From NCBI GenBank assembly GCA_950097015.1, contig CATNEN010000014.1, forward strand, positions 1,860,001 to 1,924,000: DNA of 64,000 nucleotides. The letters run 5' to 3'. The notes below the pieces were generated by a model. The model was not told the DNA's origin, ran no database searches, and worked only from the letters and a program-made list of their open reading frames with translations. This stretch comes from Macrostomum hystrix (lineage: Eukaryota > Animalia > Platyhelminthes). Made by a program: the position numbers and the translations under genes. Below, in pieces: positions 1 through 24,144 of the stretch (positions are counted from its first letter, which is position 1; the number at the start of each line of letters is the position of its first letter).

Positions 1-90
1 GGTGGTGGGTACAGGGGTGTTGAGTGGGTGGTGGGTGCAGAGTTTTGAGTGGGTGGTGGGTGCAGGGTGTTGAGTGGGTGGTGGGTATGG
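1..90. repeat. Degenerate G-rich ~25-bp tandem repeat (GGGTGGTGGGTGCAGGGTGTTGAGT)
   Basis: About 3.5 visible units at the window edge. Confidence 0.6.
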
Positions 91-281
91 TTTCGATACA
101 TGAAGGTCAGTGTATCGAAACCAGAGCAGATCACTTGGGCTGCGGAGAAATGACTAAATGAACCCCAAACCCTCTGCTGAACTTTGAACGCAACTCATTA
201 GAACCCATTGCTGATCCAGAGAGCGAGGTGTCAACTATTGGAGACAAATCACTTTTCCTGATGTGGGATTTCAGTCCTCAC

Positions 282-2951
282 CAGGCTGCCGGCCTCCGTC
301 CGTCGGGCGAAGCTGATGAGGCTCTCGCCCTGCCTGGCCACGCGCACGCGGCACCAGCTGCTGACTAGCTGGTCCACCAGGAAGTAGTCAGCCGCAGCCA
401 CGGCCGCCCACAGTCCCGGCCGGAAGTCCTCGCAAACCGCCCGCACAGCGGCGGCCTCCGCGGATTCCCCATCCGGTGACGGAGGCTCCGGCGACTCGGG
501 CGGCTGGGCTCCGCAGCGCAGCAGGGCCCGCACCAGCTCTGTGAGGTTTCGGCGGAGCGCCAGCTTCAACGGCGTGTCGCCGCCGACATCTTCGCGGCAG
601 ACGTCGACCCGGAAGTTCGACAGAGCGTAGACGAACGGCGCGTAGGCGGCCTCGTTCTCCGGGCTGGCGGTGGTGACGGCCAAGTGGACGTAGTTGATGC
701 CGAAGCCAGTGTCAATCACCGTCACCGACTCGCGGAGGCAGTAGACGGCGTGGTAGAGCGCCGGCAGGTTGCCGAAGACAATGGCACGATAGACGCGGGA
801 GTTGGTGAACTCCTTGCTGAACAGATCCAGGCTGAAGGTGCCCACAGCGCCAGCGCCGGATGGGGACTCGGCGTCCTCTTCGCGTGGGAAAATAGGAGAG
901 CATTAAATAAGGGATCAATGTCTCTCACCTGTCTTATCTCTCACCTGTCTCATCTCTCACCTGTCTCATCTCTCACCTGTCTCATCTCTCACCTGTCTCA
1001 TCTCTCACCTGTCTCATCTCTCACCTGTCTCATCTCTCACCTGTCTCATCCCTCACCTGTCTCATCTCTCACCTGTCTCATCCTTCACCTGTCTCATATC
1101 TCACCTGTCTCATCTCTCACCTGTCTCATCTCTCACCTGTCTCATCTCTCACCTGTCTCATCTCTCACCTGTCTCATCTCTCACCTGTCTCATCTCTCAC
1201 CTGTCTCATCTCTCACCTGTCTAATCTCTCACCTGTCTTATCTCTCACCTGTCTCATCTCTCGCCTATCTTATCTCTCACCTGTCTCATCTCTCACCTGT
1301 CTCATCCCTCACCTGTCTCATCTCTCACCCGTCTCATCTCTCACCTGTCTCATCCTTCACCTGTCTCATATCTCACCTGTCTCATCTCTCACCTGTCTCA
1401 TCTCTCACCCGTCTCATCTCTCACCTGTCTCATCTCTCACCCGTCTCATCTCTCACCTGTCTCATCTCTCACCTGTCTCATCTGTCACCTGTCTCATCTC
1501 TCACCCGTCTCATCTCTCACCTGTCTCATCCCTCACCTGTCTCATATCTCACCTGTCTCATCTCTCACCTGTCTCATCTCTCACCTGTCTCATCTCTCAC
1601 CTGTCTCATCCCTCACCTGTCTCATCTCTCACCCGTCTCATCTCTCACCTGTCTAATCTCTTACCTGTCTTATCTCTCACCTGTCTCATCTCTCACCTGT
1701 CTCATCTCTCACCTGTCTCATCCCTCACCTGTCTCATCTCTCACCTGTCTCATCCTTCACCTGTCTCATATCTCACCTGTCTCATCTCTCACCTGTCTCA
1801 TCTCTCACCTGTCTCATCTCTCACCTGTCTCATCTCTCACCTGTCTCATCTCTCACCTGTCTCATCTCTCACCTGTCTCATCTCTCACCTGTCTAATCTC
1901 TCACCTGTCTTATCTCTCACCTGTCTCATCTCTCGCCTATCTTATCTCTCACCTGTCTCATCTCTCACCTGTCTCATCCCTCACCTGTCTCATCTCTCAC
2001 CCGTCTCATCTCTCACCTGTCTCATCCTTCACCTGTCTCATATCTCACCTGTCTCATCTCTCACCTGTCTCATCTCTCACCCGTCTCATCTCTCACCTGT
2101 CTCATCTCTCACCCGTCTCATCTCTCACCTGTCTCATCTCTCACCTGTCTCATCTGTCACCTGTCTCATCTCTCACCCGTCTCATCTCTCACCTGTCTCA
2201 TCCCTCACCTGTCTCATATCTCACCTGTCTCATCTCTCACCTGTCTCATCTCTCACCTGTCTCATCTCTCACCTGTCTCATCCCTCACCTGTCTCATCTC
2301 TCACCCGTCTCATCTCTCACCTGTCTAATCTCTTACCTGTCTCATCTCTCACCTGTCTCATCTCTCACCTGTCTCATCTCTCACCTGTCTCATCTCTCAC
2401 CTGTCTCATCTCTTACCTGTATTATCTCTTACCTGTCTCATCTCACACTTATCTTATCTCTCACCTGTCTCATTTCTCACCTGACTTATCTCTCACCTGA
2501 CTTATCTCTCACCTGACTTATCTCTCATCTGACTTATCTCTCACCTGACTTATCTCTCACTTGTCTCATCTCTCATCTGTCTCATTTCTCACCTGACTTA
2601 TCTCTCACCTGTCTCATTTCTCACCTGACTTATCTCTCACCTGTCTCATTTCTCACCTGACTTATCTCTCACCATCTAATCATCTCATCCACGAGCCTCA
2701 CCTGCGTCATTGGCGAAGCTGTCCGAGCAGCAGCAGGCGTCATTCTCGTCTTCCTCTTCGCCGAAGTCGTCGTCGGTGTCGCCGCGGCTAGGACTATACT
2801 CGCGGTCTGTGGACTGGGACTGGCTGGACAGGCGGGCCAGGGCTCTGTGGGCCATGCCTGCAACTCGCTCAGACCTGGGTGGCCCGTGCGCTAGTCCCAA
2901 ATCTATGCTTCTAAACTGCTCAAGTGGGCCTTCCCAAGAGTCCCAGATCAT
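282..2951 (-). CDS. Ankyrin-repeat protein, 5' part (exons ~2702-2951 and 282-877; gene continues left of the window)
   Basis: Exon 282-877 encodes ankyrin-like helices (INYVHLAV..., GGDTPLKLALRRNLTELVRALLRCGA) and ends at a GTGAG donor. Exon 2702-2951 ends GCAG|GTGAG in phase 1 and joins AAG|AG-GAC in frame. The start Met (2951) is uncertain. Confidence 0.6.
919..2672. repeat. Minisatellite, 16-bp unit TCTCTCACCTGTCTCA (~110 copies), intron of the ankyrin gene
   Basis: Direct periodicity; explains ORF 684..2516. Confidence 0.97.
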
Positions 2952-3649
2952 CTCCGGCGAGGATCTCGGCGGCGATTGGCCATCCGCCCCCTGCTTGGGC
3001 AAGAAAGCAGCCGCGAGCCCCGGCTTTCTCCCCGTCCCCTGCAGCTCACGTTCTCAATCCGGGGCGGAGATGCCTGAGAAGGAAAGGCAGAAAGCTGCCT
3101 CAGTGAGGGAGAGGGAAGGAGAATTTGAGGACAGGTGAGGCAAAGCTGAGCTCAATCGAGCTCAAGAGTGCGAAAGCGACGATGCGCGGCGGCGAGAGTC
3201 GGGCCAAACACAATTTGAGCTGCGGCAGCAGCAGCTGGCATCGCGCCGTTGTACCCCGACAGTGCATAATTAACCTGGACAGATTTATGCAAGGCGAAAG
3301 GCAGCCTCTCTGTACGCGAGATCAATCAAGAATTCGCTAACTTCCTGCCGTTGCTCAACTGGCCGGCACGATTCGCTCTTTCATTTCCGTCTTCTCACAG
3401 CTGAAATCTCGAGACAGTCAACTTCTAAACTTTGTTTTCACAGCCAGCAAGATTCTCATTAGATAGTAAATCCTGGCGAGCCTGTTTGAGCGCCCGCTGG
3501 GAGAAAAACAAACCCGACATCTCAGGGTGGCCTCGCAAAATGACACGCGCACTTGAAGATGAGCACGAAGAGCACGGCAGCGATCATTAGCGCCAGCGAC
3601 GCTCAGACGCTCTGCGACTGCAGCAGCCTCTGACAGGGCCTAAACTATG

Positions 3650-4515
3650 GCAGAGAGCAGATCTGATGGATGGGAGAGAGCAGATCTGATGGATGGGAGA
3701 GTGAATCTGAGGGATGGCAGAGAGCGGATCTGAAGGATAGGAGAGAGCAGATCTGATGGATGGCAGAGAGCGGATCTGATGGATGGGAGAGTGAATCTGA
3801 GGGATGGCAGAGAGCGGATCTGAAGGATGGGAGAGAGCAGATCTGATGGATCGGAGAGTGAATCTGAGGGATGGCAGAGAGCGGATCTGAAGGATGGCAG
3901 AGAGCGGATCTGAAGGATGGGAGAGTGTGAATCTGAAGGATGGGAGAGAGTGAATCTGAAGGATGGGAGAGAGTGAATCTGAAGGATGGGAGAGAGTGGA
4001 TCTGAAAGATGGGAGAGAGTGGATATGAGGGATGGGAGAGAGCGGATCTGAAGGATGGGAGAGAGCGGATCTGAAGGATGGGAGAGAGCGGATCTGAGGG
4101 ATGGGAGAGAGTGAATCTGAAGGATGGGAGAGAGTGGATCTGAAGGATGGGAGAGAGTGGATATGAGGGATGGGAAAGAGCGGATCTGAGGGATGGGAGA
4201 GAGTGAATCTGAAGGATGGGATAGAGCGGATCTGAGGGATGGGAGAGAGCGGATCTGAAGGATGGGATAGAGCGGATCTGAGGGATGGGAGAGAGCGGAT
4301 CTGATGGATGGGAGAGAGCGGATCTGAAGGATGGGAGAGAGCGGATCTGAGGGATGGGAGAGAGTGAATCTGAAGGATGGGAGAGAGTGAATCTGAAGGA
4401 TGGGAGAGAGTGAATCTGAAGGATGGGAGAAAGCAGATCTGAAGGATGGGAGAAAGCGGATCTGAGGGATGGGAGAAAGCGGATCTGAGGGATGGGAGAG
4501 AGCAGATCTGAGGGA
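3650..4515. repeat. Minisatellite, 23-bp unit GAGAGCGGATCTGAAGGATGGGA
   Basis: Direct periodicity. Confidence 0.95.
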
Positions 4516-4821
4516 TGGGAAGTGCATGTCAGGCCATTGTGCGTTTTCCATATGAGCTATAATTTTGTCAGGTGCAGCGACAATTCAGAATTGCAACACA
4601 GATCAACTAATTGTGCAGCCAACAAAGATTCATTGGAAATTATGCGAAGAAACAATGCCACCCGGCTTTTAGTTGATCCAATTGTTCTCGCTAACGGCGA
4701 ATAGTAATTACGGGGATTACAGGAACTCCTTGACAGTCGACTTTCGCAATTTTCACTTTGAACTTCTTCAAGCAGCTGCAGGTGACCCCGAGATGGCGAA
4801 GTGACCACGACTGAGATAGTT

Positions 4822-5305
4822 CTCCTGTCTAATCTCACGAATCTCCTGTCTAATCTCACGAATCTCCTGTCTAATCTCACGAAAATTTTATCTAATCTCA
4901 CGAATCTTCAGTCTAATCTCACGAATCTCCTGTCTAATCTCACGAATCTCCTGTCTAATCTCACGAATCTCCTATCTAATCTCACGAATCTCCTGTCTAA
5001 TCTCAGGAATATCTTATCCAATTTCAGGAATCTCTTATCCAATTTCAGGAATCTCTTATCTAATCTCACGAATATTTTATCTAATCTCATGAATATATTA
5101 TCTAATCTCAGGAATCTATTATCCAATTTCAGGAATCTCTTATCTAATCTCACGAATATTTTATCTAATCTCAGGAATATCCTATCCAATCTTTGGAATC
5201 TCTTAAATAATCTCAGGAATCTGTTATCTAATCTCACGAATCTCCTATCAAATCTCACGAATCTGTTATCTCATCTCACGAATCTCCTATCAAATCTCAC
5301 GAATT
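4822..5305. repeat. 21-bp degenerate tandem repeat CTGTCTAATCTCACGAATCTC
   Basis: Heptad periodicity (LSNLTNL on +, RFVRLDR on -). Confidence 0.9.
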
Positions 5306-6179
5306 TTATCTTATCCCAGGAATCCCATTTCCCATCTCACTGTTCCTTCCATCCAACCTCAAGGGAAAGGAGGCGAGACGGCGAAGTCTCCAGTCGAAAA
5401 TTTGCTTTTAAAAAGCGGCAGAGTTCACAGACAGCACAGCGCATGTAAAATATATTATAAGCAATGTTTCAAAAGGCGGCAGTCGCAGTTAGTCCTGAAT
5501 AAACATGAGTATACAGACTTGGGTGAGTTCAAACAGCTCAGAGTAGACACAGCAGTTCAACTAGCAGTCTCTTATTAACAATGGGTGTTTTTTGTAAAAA
5601 TGTTTCTAAAGACAGCAGGATTATGATAAAGCACATCTGAATTTGCACTACTAACAGTAGCTTATTCTTCAGAAAATTCGGCAAATTAGAGTTATTTGCA
5701 AATAATAATTGAACTACTAACAGTAGTTTAAAAATATTTTAAACTAATTCAGAGACAAAAACACGTATTGATTGCACTACTAACAGTAGTTTACCCCTAT
5801 ATTTATTTAGTTATTGCAGTTTTTTATTTGTGGAATTTAAAAGCTGGTGAAAAAAATCTAACATTGCACCGGCGGCAAATAATCTATGAATACAGAAGTG
5901 AATTGCGCACAATATGACCGACTTGGCACTCTTATAGAAGTAGAAAACGGTGCCAGCTCAGTTTGTTGTTTCTGCCAGTGTGGGACAAATCCTTTCTAAG
6001 CTGCGGCGATAGGGGGGTGGGTGAAATCCCAAATTTACGGGATTAATGGCTACTGAATTTGTTATAAAACACCACTTGACTTACTGCGCAGTTTGAGAAG
6101 GATCGACATTGAACAATTTTGGGATTCACAAAATTTGGAGAGTTGATTAAAGAAACCTGCTGCGGAAAGAGTTACAGAA

Positions 6180-6760
6180 AGAGACGGAGAGTGACAAGAA
6201 GATTTGGAGAGTTACAGGAAGATCAGCAGAGTGACAAGAAGATCAGCAGAGTGACAAGAAGATCAGCAGAGTGACAATAACATCTGAAGAGTGACAAGAA
6301 CAGTAGAAGAGTGACAATAATATCTGGAGAGTGACAAGAATACCTGGAGAGTGACAGAATACATGGAGAGTGACAAGAATACCTGGAGAGTGACAAGAAT
6401 ACCTGGAGAGTGACAAGAATACCTGGAGAGTGACAAGAATACCTGGAGAGTGACAGAATACCTGGAGAGTGACAAGAATACCTGGAGAGTGACAAGAATA
6501 CCTGGAGAGTGACAAGAATACCTGGAGAGTGACAAGAATACCTGGAGAGTGACAAGAATACCTGGAGAGTGACAAGAATACCTGGAGAGTGACAAGAATA
6601 CCTGGAGAGTGACAAGAATACCTGGAGAGTGACAAGAATACCTGGAGAGTGACAAGAATACCTTGAGAGTGACAAGAACATCTGAAGAGTGACAAGAAGA
6701 TCTGAAGAGTGACAAGAAGATCTACCTGGGAGTGACAGAAATATAGGGAGAGTGACAAGG
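6180..6760. repeat. Minisatellite, 20-bp unit GAGAGTGACAAGAATACCTG
   Basis: Direct periodicity. Confidence 0.95.
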
Positions 6761-7367
6761 GCGGGAAGGACCCATCGACACGCAGCCAGAAAGGACGCTT
6801 AAAAAGTCGGCAATTGAAAGTAAGCGAACTGAATGAGCAGTCAGTGAGTTCCTTTTTGCTGGAGCATAGAACAAGAAGCACAGCAAATCATAATACCGAC
6901 ACAGCAGCTGAACAGATAAAAAATCACGGGTCGTGCATTTGTTTAAACTGGCAGAACACACAAATGAAATTGCCAATATATTTCTGCTCATGAGAATCTG
7001 AGATATGCAGTTAGTTAACAAGCAACCGCAAGCAGGAAACAATCATTGAGCCACGGGCAGAGCCACAGCGGCAAAGTCCGGTTAAGCACAAGAGACAGCA
7101 GAACAAGCATGCAAATCAGATATTCGCTGCATACTACTGCAAACAAAGAAAGTACGGGTAGTATAGTATGATGATGCGTGAGCTGCTTGAATTTACAATG
7201 CCTGCCCGCGTTTCATTCGAATTTTATAAAAAAGAAAGCGCAGTCACATAAAGCAAAGCTGTTTTATAGATTTCGATAAATAACTGCAAGCAGAGAGATC
7301 AACAGACAGCAGCAGATATGACCGGGCAGGCAGGCCCACATTAGATTTCACATTGAGATTGAGGGGG

Positions 7368-19167
<11,800 letters not shown>

Positions 19168-19177
19168 CTTCAGGATG

Positions 19178-20040
19178 TATGTCCTGTCCCATATTGTGTC
19201 TGTCCTGTCCCATATTGTGTCTGTCCTGTTCCAGATTGTGTCTGTCCTGTCCCATATTGTGTCTGTCCTGTTCCAGATTGTGTCTGTCCTGTCCCATATT
19301 GTGTCTGTCCTGTCCCAGATTGTGTCTGTCCTGTCCCATATTGTGTCTGTCCAGTCCCAGATGTGTCTGTCCTGTCTCAGATTGTGTCTGTCCTGTCCCA
19401 GATGTGCCTGTCCTGTCTCAGATTGTGTCTGTCCTGTCCCAGATGTGCCTGTCCTGTCTCAGATTGTCTGTACTGTTCCAGATTGTCTGTACTGTTCCAG
19501 ATTGTCTGTCCTGTCTCAGATTGTGTCTGTCCTGTCCCAGATGTGCCTGTCCTGTCCCATATTGTGTCTGTCCTGTCCCATATTGTGTCTGTCCTGTCCC
19601 AGATTGTGTCTGTCCTGTCCCATATTGTGTCTGTCCTGTCTCAGGTTGTGTCTGTCCTGTCTCAGGTTGTGTCTGTCCTGTCTCAGGTTGTGTCTGTCCT
19701 GTCTCAGATTGTTTGTCCTGTCTCAGGTTGTGTCTGTCCTGTCTCAGGTTGTGTCTGTCCTGTCCCATATTGTGTCTGTCCTGTCTCAGGTTGTGTTTGT
19801 CCTGTCTCAGGTTGTGTCTGTCCTGTCTCAGGTTGTGTCTGTCCTGTCTCAGGTTGTGTCTGTCCTGTCTCAGGTTGTGTCTGTCCTGTCTCAGGTTGTC
19901 TGTCCTGTCTCAGGTTGTCTGTCCTGTCTCAGGTTGTGTCTGTCCTGTCTCAGGTTGTCTGTCCTGTCTCAGGTTGTCTGTCCTGTCTCAGGTTGTGTCT
20001 GTCCTGTCTCAGGTTGTGTCTGTCCTGTCTCAGATTGTGC
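19178..20040. repeat. Minisatellite, 21-bp unit GTCCTGTCTCAGGTTGTGTCT (with 19-bp variants)
   Basis: Direct periodicity. Confidence 0.95.
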
Positions 20041-20484
20041 CAGAATATAGAACACAGATGTCGCACAAGGACAGTGCAGCCAAAGTCAGTGGATTTAGAG
20101 CAAAGCTAGACTTTTTAAATTTCAGTTTACCTGCTAAACCAGTGGCTAGCTGGGCACCCGTTGGCAATGGTATTGGGGCTTCAGAGAGTTCTAAATGCAT
20201 AAATACAAGGGCACAGCATTGGGCGGTTGGGGCAGAGACAGTCCAAACACAGCAGGCCGGCACTCACGCACGCACAATGCATGATACCAGCAGATTGGGC
20301 GATACTTAGCAACAGCAGGGCAGAGAAACGAAGGAAGGCAGAACTGAAACTGTGCGATCCGGCTGAAGCAGCAACTGCTGCAAGCAAGGCAGCGCATGCC
20401 AGGGCTGGTTGCCTGGCACAAACTGACTGCTTGCCGCAGCCCTCACACCCACGCTTCATCCGAATGACTTTTTCATAGCATTTT

Positions 20485-22510
20485 CTTTCTTATCTGTCTA
20501 CTTCCCCGGCACCAGTTTCTCATCTGTCCACTTCCCCGGCATCAGTTTCTCATCTGTCCACTTCCCCGGCATCAGTTTCTCATCTGTCTACTTCCCCGGC
20601 ATCAGTTTCTCATCTGTCCACTTCCCCGGCATCAGTTTCTCATCTGTCCACTTCCCCGGCATCAGTTTCTCATCTGTCTACTTCCCCGGCATCAGTTTCT
20701 CATCTGTCCACTTCCCCGGCATCAGTTTCTCATCTGTCCACTTCCCCGGCACCAGTTTCTCATCTGTCTACTTCCCCGGCATCAGTTTCTCATCTGTCTA
20801 CTTCCCCGGCACCAGTTTCTCATCTGTCCACTTCCCCGGCACCAGTTTCTCATCTGTCTACTTCCCCGGCACCAGTTTCTTATCTGTCTACTTCCCCGCC
20901 AACAGTTTCTCATCTGTCCACTTCCCCGGCATCAGTTTCTCATCTGTCTACTTCCCCGGCATCAGTTTCTCATCTGTCTACTTCCCCGGCACCAGTTTCT
21001 CATCTGTCTACTTCCCCGGCACCAGTTTCTCATCTGTCTACTTCCCCGGCATCAGTTTCTCATCTGTCCACTTCCCCGGCACCAGTTTCTCATCTGTCTA
21101 CTTCCCCGCCAACAGTTTCTCATCTGTCTACTTCCTCGGCATCAGTTTCTCATCTGTCCACTTCCCCGGCACCAGTTTCTCATCTGTCTACTTCCCCGCC
21201 AACAGTTTCTCATCTGTCTACTTCCCCGGCATCAGTTTCTAATCTGTCCACTTCCCCGGCACCAGTTTCTCATCTGTCTACTTCCCCGCCAACAGTTTCT
21301 CATCTGTCTACTTCCCCGGCACCAGTTTCTCATCTGTCTACTTCCCCGGCATCAGTTTCTCATCTGTCCACTTCCCCGGCACCAGTTTCTCATCTGTCTA
21401 CTTCCCCGCCAACAGTTTCTCATCTGTCTACTTCCTCGGCATCAGTTTCTCATCTGTCCACTTCCCCGGCACCAGTTTCTCATCTGTCTACTTCCCCGGC
21501 ATCAGTTTCTCATCTGTCTACTTCCCCGGCATCAGTTTCTCATCTGTCCACTTCCCCGGCATCAGTTTCTCATCTGTCTACTTCCCCGGCATCAGTTTCT
21601 CATCTGTCTACTTCCCCGGCATCAGTTTCTCATCTGTCCACTTCCCCGGCATCAGTTTCTCATCTGTCTACTTCCCCGGCATCAGTTTCTCATCTGTCCA
21701 CTTCCCCGGCATCAGTTTCTCATCTGTCCACTTCCCCGGCACCAGTTTCTCATCTGTCTACTTCCCCGGCATCAGTTTCTCATCTGTCTACTTCCCCGGC
21801 ACCAGTTTCTCATCTGTCCACTTCCCCGGCACCAGTTTCTCATCTGTCTACTTCCCCGGCACCAGTTTCTTATCTGTCTACTTCCCCGCCAACAGTTTCT
21901 CATCTGTCCACTTCCCCGGCATCAGTTTCTCATCTGTCTACTTCCCCGGCATCAGTTTCTCATCTGTCTACTTCCCCGGCACCAGTTTCTCATCTGTCTA
22001 CTTCCCCGGCACCAGTTTCTCATCTGTCTACTTCCCCGGCATCAGTTTCTCATCTGTCCACTTCCCCGGCACCAGTTTCTCATCTGTCTACTTCCCCGCC
22101 AACAGTTTCTCATCTGTCTACTTCCTCGGCATCAGTTTCTCATCTGTCCACTTCCCCGGCACCAGTTTCTCATCTGTCTACTTCCCCGCCAACAGTTTCT
22201 CATCTGTCTACTTCCCCGGCATCAGTTTCTCATCTGTCCACTTCCCCGGCACCAGTTTCTCATCTGTCTACTTCCCCGCCAACAGTTTCTCATCTGCCTA
22301 CTTCCCCGCCAACAGTTTCTCATCTGTCTACTTCCCCGCCAACAGTTTCTCATCTGTCCACTTCCCCGGCACCAGTTTCTCATCTGTCCACTTCCCCGGC
22401 ACCAGTTTCTCATCTGTCCACTTCCCCGGCACCAGTTTCTCATCTGTCCACTTCCCCGGCATCAGTTTCTCATCTGTCCACTTCCCCGGCACCAGTTTCT
22501 CATCTTTCTA
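20485..22510. repeat. Minisatellite, 30-bp unit CATCTGTCCACTTCCCCGGCATCAGTTTCT (~67 copies)
   Basis: Direct periodicity, two units per 60-nt line. Confidence 0.97.
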
Positions 22511-22929
22511 CTTCCGTCTACTTCTCTTTTTTCATTTTACTAATCTCTTTCTCATTTAATTCTGACTCCAATCACCCAGCTGTGACCAATCTCTAATGGC
22601 CGCTGCAAAAACTCGCTTCCGTGTACTTTTGAATCCGGCAAAGTCACCCTCACATTTTCCGCTCTCGCGTGTTGCTAGTTGACCCGCCACCGGGACTGGC
22701 TGTAGCGGGCAAACATGACCCAGCCTGATTGATTCTCTCAGCTGCTGGCACCCAGCTAGCAAACTGCCTGCTAGATTTGGCCCCGCTGAACTTTTCAGAC
22801 ACAGAGACAGCACTAGAGGGGCTGGCTAATAAAAATGCATCCAAACTTTAGATAAGCCAATGAAATATAGGGTTTAGGAGTATCTGATTTCCCTCTTGAA
22901 TCAGAAGGGACAAAGGGGGAGAAGTCAGA

Positions 22930-23810
22930 CAGAGGAAGAATCAGAGGGTGAGAATCAGAGGGTGAGAATCAGAGGGTGAGAATCAGAGGGGGAGTATTTG
23001 AGGGGGGAGAATCTGAGGTTGAGAATGTGAGAGTGAGAATGAGGTTGCGAATTTGAGAGGGCAGTATCTGAGGGGGAGTATCTGACTGTGAGAATCTGAG
23101 GGTGAGAATCAGAGGGTGAGAATCTGAGGGTGAGAATCAGAGGGGGAGTATCTGAGGGGGGAGTATCTGAGGTGGGAGAATCTGAGGTTAAGAATGTGAG
23201 AGTGAGAATGAGGTTGCGAATTTGAGAGGGCAGTATCTGAGGGGGAGTATCTGACTGTGAGAATCTGAGGGTGAGTATGTGAGAGTGAGAATCTGAGAGT
23301 GAGAATCTGAGAGTGAGAATCTGAGAATGAGAATATGAGAATGAGAATCTGAGAGTGAGAATCTGAGGGTGAGTATGTGAGAGTGAGAATCTGAGAGTGA
23401 GCATCTGAGAGTGAGAATCGGAGGGTGAGAATCTGAGGGTGAGAATCTGAGGTTGAGAATTTGAGAGGGCAGTATCTGAGGGGAGAGAATCTGAGGGTGA
23501 GAATCTGAGGGTGAGAATCTTAGGATGAGTATGTGAGAGTGAGAATCTGAGAGTGAGAATCTGAGAATGAGAATATGAGAATGAGAATCTGAGAGTGAGA
23601 ATCGGATGGTGAGAATCTGAGGGTGAGAATCTGAGGTTGAGAATTTGAGAGGGCAGTATCTGAGGGGAGAGAATCTGAGGGTGAGAATCTGAGGGTGAGA
23701 ATCTGAGAATGAGAATCTGAGAATGAGAATCTGAGAGTGAGAATCGGAGGGCAAGTATCTGAGGGTGGAATCGGAGGTTCAGAATGAGAGCAGAGAGAAT
23801 CAGAGGGGGG
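22930..23810. repeat. Minisatellite, 14-bp unit GAGAATCTGAGGGT
   Basis: Direct periodicity. Confidence 0.92.
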
Positions 23811-23828
23811 AGCGAAACGACTGCTCAC

Positions 23829-24089
23829 CGGTGTGAAGGCATGACCAGCGGAGCCACGCCTGTCCTCGGCGCCGATGAGCAGCCTGGCGGTGGCAGCGTT
23901 GGCCGTGGACGCGGCTGGCCAGGCGGGGCGGTCGGCCAGTTTCGAGTTGGCTGCGGCGGCTGTGGCGGTGGTCGCTGGCCTGGCGCTGTCAGCCGGCGCA
24001 GAATCGTCGATCGCGGACTCGTTGGACAGCAGCTGGTACTCGGAGGCCGAGGACTGCTCCACCTTCTTGGGCTGCAATTGCACCGACAT
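23829..24089 (-). CDS. Putative upstream coding exon of the LNX gene (87 codons, low-complexity Ala/Ser-rich)
   Basis: ATG at 24089 and a CCG|GTGAG donor in phase 0, compatible with the phase-0 acceptor CTGAAG|TTG at 19167. No recognisable domain. Confidence 0.4.
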
Positions 24090-24144
24090 TCAAAGGTGAG
24101 CACCAACCATCTGCAACATTCGATTATCAACTAACTTTAGTACA

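Noticed and set aside
2710-3138. Plus-strand ORFs overlapping GC-rich exons (also 7353-8462, 25778-26083, 27711-28055, 48481-48834)
   Set aside because: They are antisense shadows of real minus-strand coding exons.
20485-22510. Regular 30-bp arrays resembling CRISPR repeats
   Set aside because: Units are directly adjacent with no unique spacers, there are no cas genes, and the context is eukaryotic.
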